Below are positions 59,233-64,000 of a DNA stretch of 64,000 bases, piece by piece. The notes under the pieces were generated by a model. The model was not told the DNA's origin. It did not search any database and worked only from the letters and a program-made list of their open reading frames with translations. The stretch lies in assembly GCA_964291285.2 (NCBI GenBank), contig OZ219787.1, positions 864,001 to 928,000 on the forward strand, in the 5' to 3' direction. How positions within the stretch are numbered: the first letter of the stretch is position 1; the number at the start of each line of letters is the position of its first letter. The position numbers and the translations under genes are program-made. Origin of the DNA: Alphaproteobacteria bacterium. Its GTDB lineage: Bacteria > Pseudomonadota > Alphaproteobacteria > Bin95.

Positions 59233-59978
59233 ACCGGACAGCGATGACCGTGTCGCTGAACGAGGTCGGCTTCTACTTCACCCGGGCGGCCGTCGGCGCA
59301 GGCGCTCCGTTCGGGCTCGGCGAGGAGTTTGCCGAGGCCTCCAGGTGGGCGGCGTTTCTCGGGCTCGATCCGGCGGCGGTGGCCGTGCCCGCGCTTCGCG
59401 GGCTTGCGGGCGGGGGAAGCGGCATCGCGTTCACGTTCCACCGGACGGAGAATATCATTTCCGTCGTCAGTCGCGACGGTCGCATCCTGTCGGCCATCTA
59501 TGCGGGCCCGGTCGTTGCCGACCGGCTGCTGGTGGAAGCGGCGCATGGCGAAGAATGCCGCCTGCTGCTCGATGCAACCGACCGGCCGCCGCTGATCGCG
59601 GCGGCCGTGGCCTCGGCCGGCATTTGCGCCTCCCGGATTGCGGTCTCCTGGCAGTCCCGAAACGCCGGCCGGACCGTCGTCGAACTGAACCGCCGCCTCG
59701 CCGCCCTGACCGGTCCGGAGGCCGCCGCAATCGAGGCGTCCGGTCCTGCGGCAGTCGAGATTGTCCTGAACGGCGCCGGAACTGCGGCGCCGCCTTCGTC
59801 GCAAACGAGGACGATACGGCTCGCCGATGGCAGATCCAACGCGGTAGAGCGCGGCGTCGTCATGGACGGCGCGGCCTGGTCAACGGTGTACGACTACTTC
59901 AGCAGGTGCCTGGTGCCTTCCACCGGCCGGTCCCGCACTGCGGGCGCCGGCGCCGGAGAGGCGACCGACTACGACTGA
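59229..59978 (+). CDS. DUF3726-like protein
   Basis: VSLNEV...RAAVGAG.PFGLGEE; C-terminal VPST..SR.AGAGAG..DYD. Confidence 0.65.
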   Translation: MNRTAMTVSLNEVGFYFTRAAVGAGAPFGLGEEFAEASRWAAFLGLDPAAVAVPALRGLAGGGSGIAFTFHRTENIISVVSRDGRILSAIYAGPVVADRLLVEAAHGEECRLLLDATDRPPLIAAAVASAGICASRIAVSWQSRNAGRTVVELNRRLAALTGPEAAAIEASGPAAVEIVLNGAGTAAPPSSQTRTIRLADGRSNAVERGVVMDGAAWSTVYDYFSRCLVPSTGRSRTAGAGAGEATDYD

Positions 59979-60065
59979 CTTGCCGATTTGCGATGCCGCT
60001 TCCGGGCCGGACGGTCCGGCGACCTGCGGCGTGTTCGATCTGTCCCCGCCCGGCGGGGTCCCGGA

Positions 60066-61088
60066 TCACGCGCTGCCGGCGTGCACAGGTTCGCTGCGGC
60101 GCGGGCCGGCGCCGCGGGCGAAGCGGGCGTCGTTGTAGATCCTGACCGTGGTGGGCGCGTAGAGCGGCGGGTGCCTCGCGTCCACGCAGGTGCCGATGCA
60201 GGCGATCGGCGCGTCGTAGTTGGGACGGGTGAAGTAGCCGATGGACAGCCGGCGCGAGCGGGACCGCGCTTCCGCCTCGGGCACCGCGACCCGGTGCGGC
60301 GTGGAGACCCAGCGGTCGTTCGTCCAGCGCATCAGCAGGTCGCCGATATTGACGATGAAGGTGTCGTCGATGGCCGGCGCATCGATCCAGTCGCTGGCGC
60401 GCGGGCGCACTTGCAGGCCGCCCGCAGCCGCCTCGTTGCGCAGGATCGTCATCATGCCGAGGTCGGTGTGGACGCCGCAGCGCAGCTGGCCGGGTTCGAG
60501 CTCGCGGTCCGGGGCCGGATAGTGCAGCAGGCGGAGCTGGCTCGCATGGCGGTCGAGCTTGTCCCGGAACCAGTCGGCGGGAAGGCCGAGCGCCAGCGCG
60601 AAATAGCGGGCGAGCCTGGACGAGAGGTCTTCCAGCGCCAGGAAATAGGCCTTCATGGCGGGCTCCAGCGCCGGCGGCCGGGCGGGCCAGAGATTGGGCG
60701 CGAAGTTCGGGTAGGAGCGCTCCTGCGAATGGTAGCGGTCGTCCGGGCGCCCGAACGGGCCGACCGCGAACACCTCCTTGAAGTCGGGCGGTGTGTCGCC
60801 GCCATGCATCCGGGCCAGCGTCTCCTCGCCATAGGGGATGTAGCCGCGATTCTGGTCGTGCTGCGGCCGGCGCACCGTCATCTTCGCTTCGAGCGGCAGG
60901 TCGAAGAAGGCCTGCGCGGCGTCGTAGAGCGCGGTCTGGACCGCTTCCGGCACGCCGTGGTTCCGGATGACGACGAAGCCGATCTCGCGGCAGATCCCGT
61001 CGAGTTCCCGCGCGGCGGCAGCGGCTTCCGCCGGGTCCGGGCTCTCGAAGCGCCCGAGGTCGAAAAGGGGGATCGCCCGGGTCGTCAT
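60066..61088 (-). CDS. Isopenicillin N synthase-like 2OG-Fe(II) oxygenase
   Basis: LRLLHYP, HTDLG, VNIGDLLMRWTND, HRV, RLS. Confidence 0.92.
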   Translation of the reverse strand: MTTRAIPLFDLGRFESPDPAEAAAAARELDGICREIGFVVIRNHGVPEAVQTALYDAAQAFFDLPLEAKMTVRRPQHDQNRGYIPYGEETLARMHGGDTPPDFKEVFAVGPFGRPDDRYHSQERSYPNFAPNLWPARPPALEPAMKAYFLALEDLSSRLARYFALALGLPADWFRDKLDRHASQLRLLHYPAPDRELEPGQLRCGVHTDLGMMTILRNEAAAGGLQVRPRASDWIDAPAIDDTFIVNIGDLLMRWTNDRWVSTPHRVAVPEAEARSRSRRLSIGYFTRPNYDAPIACIGTCVDARHPPLYAPTTVRIYNDARFARGAGPRRSEPVHAGSA

Positions 61089-61191
61089 TGCGCCATCCTG
61101 CCACGCAGCGCGGGACTTGTCTCCCCGCGGCTCCGGCTCGGGCAGGTTCCGGGGTAAAGTCGCCCGGAGCCACGCATTCGGGAGCGATGGG

Positions 61192-61953
61192 ATGCAGGCG
61201 GTCGCCCGCCGCTTTCTCCGCCGAGCCCAACTCTGGACGGCAATCGGGCTGGTCCTCGTTGCAGGCTGGGCGTTCGTTGCCTGGATGACGCTCGACATGG
61301 CGCATCCGCTCGTTCGCCTGACGATGCCTTTCGACACCGCGTGGCCCTGGGAAACGGCGGCCGCGGTATTCGTCATGTGGGCGGGCATGATGGTCGCCAT
61401 GATGCTGCCCTCGGCTGCCCCGATGATCCTTGCCTTCGACACGGTGGAGCGCGGCAACGACGGAGCGGCGGGCGGTTCTGCATCGCGGTCAATAGTCTTC
61501 GCCGCAGCTTATCTGCTCGTGTGGATCGGCTGGTCCGCGCTCGCCGCCGGGTCTCAATGGCTTCTGCAGGCGGGCGGCCTGCTGACGCCGATGATCGTCA
61601 GCAACTCGGAAGAGTTGACGGCGGGATTGCTCGTCCTCGCGGGCCTCTACCAGTTCACGCCGTTGAAGCGGGCTTGCCTCAGGCATTGCCGCACGCCGCT
61701 CGGGTTTCTCATGGCGGAATGGCGCGAGGGGATGCGCGGCGCGCTCGCGATGGGCCTCAGGCACGGCCTCTACTGCGCGGGATGCTGCTGGGCGCTCATG
61801 CTGCTGCTGTTCGTCGCGGGCGTCATGAACCCCGTCTGGATCCTCTTCCTGACGGTCGTGGTCGCGCTCGAAAAATGGCCGCGCCTGCCGGCCTGGCTCA
61901 CCTGGGCTTACGGCGCCGCCCTGCTGTTCGCCGGCGCGGCGCTCCTGCTGTAG
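61192..61953 (+). CDS. DUF2182 membrane protein
   Basis: MWAGMMVAMMLPS, YQFTPLKRACL..CRTP, CAGCCWALM. Confidence 0.88.
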   Translation: MQAVARRFLRRAQLWTAIGLVLVAGWAFVAWMTLDMAHPLVRLTMPFDTAWPWETAAAVFVMWAGMMVAMMLPSAAPMILAFDTVERGNDGAAGGSASRSIVFAAAYLLVWIGWSALAAGSQWLLQAGGLLTPMIVSNSEELTAGLLVLAGLYQFTPLKRACLRHCRTPLGFLMAEWREGMRGALAMGLRHGLYCAGCCWALMLLLFVAGVMNPVWILFLTVVVALEKWPRLPAWLTWAYGAALLFAGAALLL

Positions 61954-61969
61954 CCGGAACTCGCGAGGC

Positions 61970-62617
61970 TTACGGCCCGGTCCAGTCGAACGGGATGTGC
62001 TTGGCGGAATTGACGTCCCAGGAGAATTCGAAACCGAAGGCGTTGACCTTGCACACGGTCGCCTTCCCCCAGGTAACGAGCTGCGGACCCGGCCCGGTTT
62101 CCGAGCCCGGCGCATTGGCGAGGCGCGGATATTCGCCGGGATTGCTGGTCGGACCGGTGAGCGCGTCCGCCCAGGCCGTGACCTTGCCCGCGATATCGAC
62201 GCCCCAGCGCGACTGGTCGGGCGTGATCTCGAAGGAAATTGCCGCCCGCTCGACCCCGCGCAGCTTGCGGCCTTCGGTGAAGAGCGCGGCCACCTTGCCG
62301 GGGAAGCCGCCGGCCCGCCCGCCGATGATGGCCGTCAGGGCCTCGGCCTGGGCGTCGTCCGCGCGGTCGTCGATGAAGAGCCCCGCCTCGCCCTCGGCCT
62401 TGCCCGCCCACAGGTCGCCTTCCCAGCGGCCGACCCGCACGAAGGCGCGGTCGTCGAGGACCGTGTCCCCGTAATGCCCGCGTTTGACGTGCCAGAAGAG
62501 GACCGACTCGCAGAAATTGTTGTCTGGCGCCTGCGCGAAGGTGCAGGGGCAGGCGACGGCGCAGCTGCAATTGTCGAACCAGTCGCCCACGATGTGCCAG
62601 CTCGGCGTATCCGGCAT
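61970..62617 (-). CDS. DUF1326 family protein
   Basis: W.IVGDWFDNCSC...CPC, FIDDRA...Q.EAL..I..GRAGG. Confidence 0.85.
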   Translation of the reverse strand: MPDTPSWHIVGDWFDNCSCAVACPCTFAQAPDNNFCESVLFWHVKRGHYGDTVLDDRAFVRVGRWEGDLWAGKAEGEAGLFIDDRADDAQAEALTAIIGGRAGGFPGKVAALFTEGRKLRGVERAAISFEITPDQSRWGVDIAGKVTAWADALTGPTSNPGEYPRLANAPGSETGPGPQLVTWGKATVCKVNAFGFEFSWDVNSAKHIPFDWTGP

Positions 62618-62747
62618 GAGAGCCTCCCTCAGTGCCGCAATCTCAGCGTGGATGCTACGGGATAGCGGGCAAGAGGCGCAACGGGCATTGCGGCCGGCGG
62701 CGGGGCAGGGTAGCAGGCGGACCCGGCGAGCAAGGAAAGGAGGCCCC

Positions 62748-63230
62748 ATGCGCCTGCAAACGAGTCTTTCGCTGGCCGAGGCCAATGCCATCGTGACGGA
62801 AGCGCTCAGGCTCGGGCGGGCGGAAGGAATGCTGCCGCTCACGGTCGTTGCGCTCGATGCGGGCGGCAAGCCGGTCGCCATGCAGTCGGAAGACGGCTCC
62901 GGCCTGCTGCGCTTCGACATCGCTTTCGGCAAGGCCTGGGGCGCGCTCGGCATGGGCATCTCCAGCCGCCTCATCCGGGACCGGCTGGCTGCCCGCCCGG
63001 CCTTCCAGGCCGCGCTCGCCGCAGCATCGGACGGGCGCTTCGTCCCGGTGCCGGGAGGCGTCCTGATCCAGACCGGCGAGGGCGTCACCATCGGGGCCGT
63101 GGGCGTCAGCGGCGACACCTCGGAGAAGGACGAATATTGCGCCGTCGAGGCGATCAGGAGCGCCAGCCTTTTCCCGGAACCCGCCGAGCCCGACCCGGAC
63201 TGGCGCGGCTCGTCGCTTTCCGACCGGTAG
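62748..63230 (+). CDS. GlcG/HbpS heme-binding family protein
   Basis: LDAGG...DG..LLR.DIAFGKAWGA, PGGVLI, GAVGVSGD. Confidence 0.88.
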   Translation: MRLQTSLSLAEANAIVTEALRLGRAEGMLPLTVVALDAGGKPVAMQSEDGSGLLRFDIAFGKAWGALGMGISSRLIRDRLAARPAFQAALAAASDGRFVPVPGGVLIQTGEGVTIGAVGVSGDTSEKDEYCAVEAIRSASLFPEPAEPDPDWRGSSLSDR

Positions 63231-63266
63231 GAGGCGCCCCGCTTCGTCAGGAGCGACCGGAGGCAG

Positions 63267-63941
63267 TCATCCCTTGATGACGTGCTCCTTCGTCACGACG
63301 AAGGCGAGGCGGGACTCGTCGAGGAAATTGGCCTCGTCGGCGCGGGTCTCTGCATAGGCTTGCGAGGCGGCCGACGCGCGCATGGCGTCGGTGTCGTCGA
63401 ACCAAGTGATCGCGAGGCCGTCCAGCGCCGGCTGCCTTCCGTCCCGGTAGGCGCCGGGGCGGATGTGGTTCTGCACATAGCGGCGTATCTGCGTGATCCC
63501 GGCGGCGATGGGACCGTGGGTGCCGCGCCAGTAGTCCTGGAAGGCGCCCACTTCCATGCCGGGTTTGCGGAGCACGAGTTCGATGTTCTTCACGCCGTCC
63601 GCCGGCCGCTCGCCGTCCATGACCACATGCTCCTCGACCAGCAGCGTCGCCATGCTCGCCCGGTCGATGAAGCGCGCCTCGTCCTCGCAGAGCGCCTGGA
63701 ATTCCGGCAGGGCGGCATTGCGCCGGAGCGTCTCCATGTCCTCCCACCATGTCTCGGCCACGCCGTCGCAGGCGAGCTCGCCCTTGGCGTAGCCGCCGGG
63801 CAGCGGGTGGTTCTGGCAGTAGCCCACCAGACCCGGCATTTTCAGCACCGCCTTCGGATGCTCGTTCAGCCAGTAGGAGCGGAACGCCTCCAGGTCCATG
63901 CCGGGCTTGCGTTTGAATACGATGGCGGCCTTGACGGTCAT
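63267..63941 (-). CDS. EthD domain protein (tandem domains)
   Basis: Two repeats of RKPGM...F..YW...H...Y.QNH...DG....W...DE..F.D. Confidence 0.88.
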   Translation of the reverse strand: MTVKAAIVFKRKPGMDLEAFRSYWLNEHPKAVLKMPGLVGYCQNHPLPGGYAKGELACDGVAETWWEDMETLRRNAALPEFQALCEDEARFIDRASMATLLVEEHVVMDGERPADGVKNIELVLRKPGMEVGAFQDYWRGTHGPIAAGITQIRRYVQNHIRPGAYRDGRQPALDGLAITWFDDTDAMRASAASQAYAETRADEANFLDESRLAFVVTKEHVIKG

Positions 63942-63966
63942 GGCCGGTCCTTTCCCCGTTTCATGC

Positions 63967-64000
63967 TCAGACGGTCAGGTAGCCGCCGTCGGCGGCAAGG
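63967..64000 (-). CDS. C-terminal end of a probable SDR (partial)
   Basis: LAADGGYLTV-stop; typical SDR terminus. Confidence 0.5.
   Translation of the reverse strand, partial: LAADGGYLTV

Overview
High-GC alphaproteobacterial-type chromosome segment. It carries core genes (hisI, ychF, pth, rplY, prs, coq7, dsbB, tRNA-Val(CAC)) and many catabolic enzymes (amidase, three LLM oxidoreductases, two CoA transferases, kynU, two TauD dioxygenases, hydantoinase B, agmatinase, SDR). Mobile DNA comprises two inverted 2014-bp IS1634-family copies with identical transposases, one IS3 element and several palindromic repeat families. The standout is 21535-26326: 11 paralogous small genes (8 on +, 3 on -, converging; one frameshifted) for Sec-signal proteins of about 100-135 aa. 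They share a six-cysteine scaffold ending in NCxGxL..C, have highly variable loops, and lie directly downstream of a MacB-type ABC exporter whose upstream gene appears cut off by IS1634. The scaffold loosely resembles one cyanovirin-N (CVNH) repeat (inference). Also seen: a UGSC selenoprotein with in-frame UGA and a SECIS-like hairpin; a dispersed promoter-bearing long repeat with a 42-bp core and 10-bp-period CATGAC arrays; an AT-rich gene split by IS1634; and an ArfA-like small ORF missed by the ORF track. Family assignments come from motif recognition only; no database searches were run.
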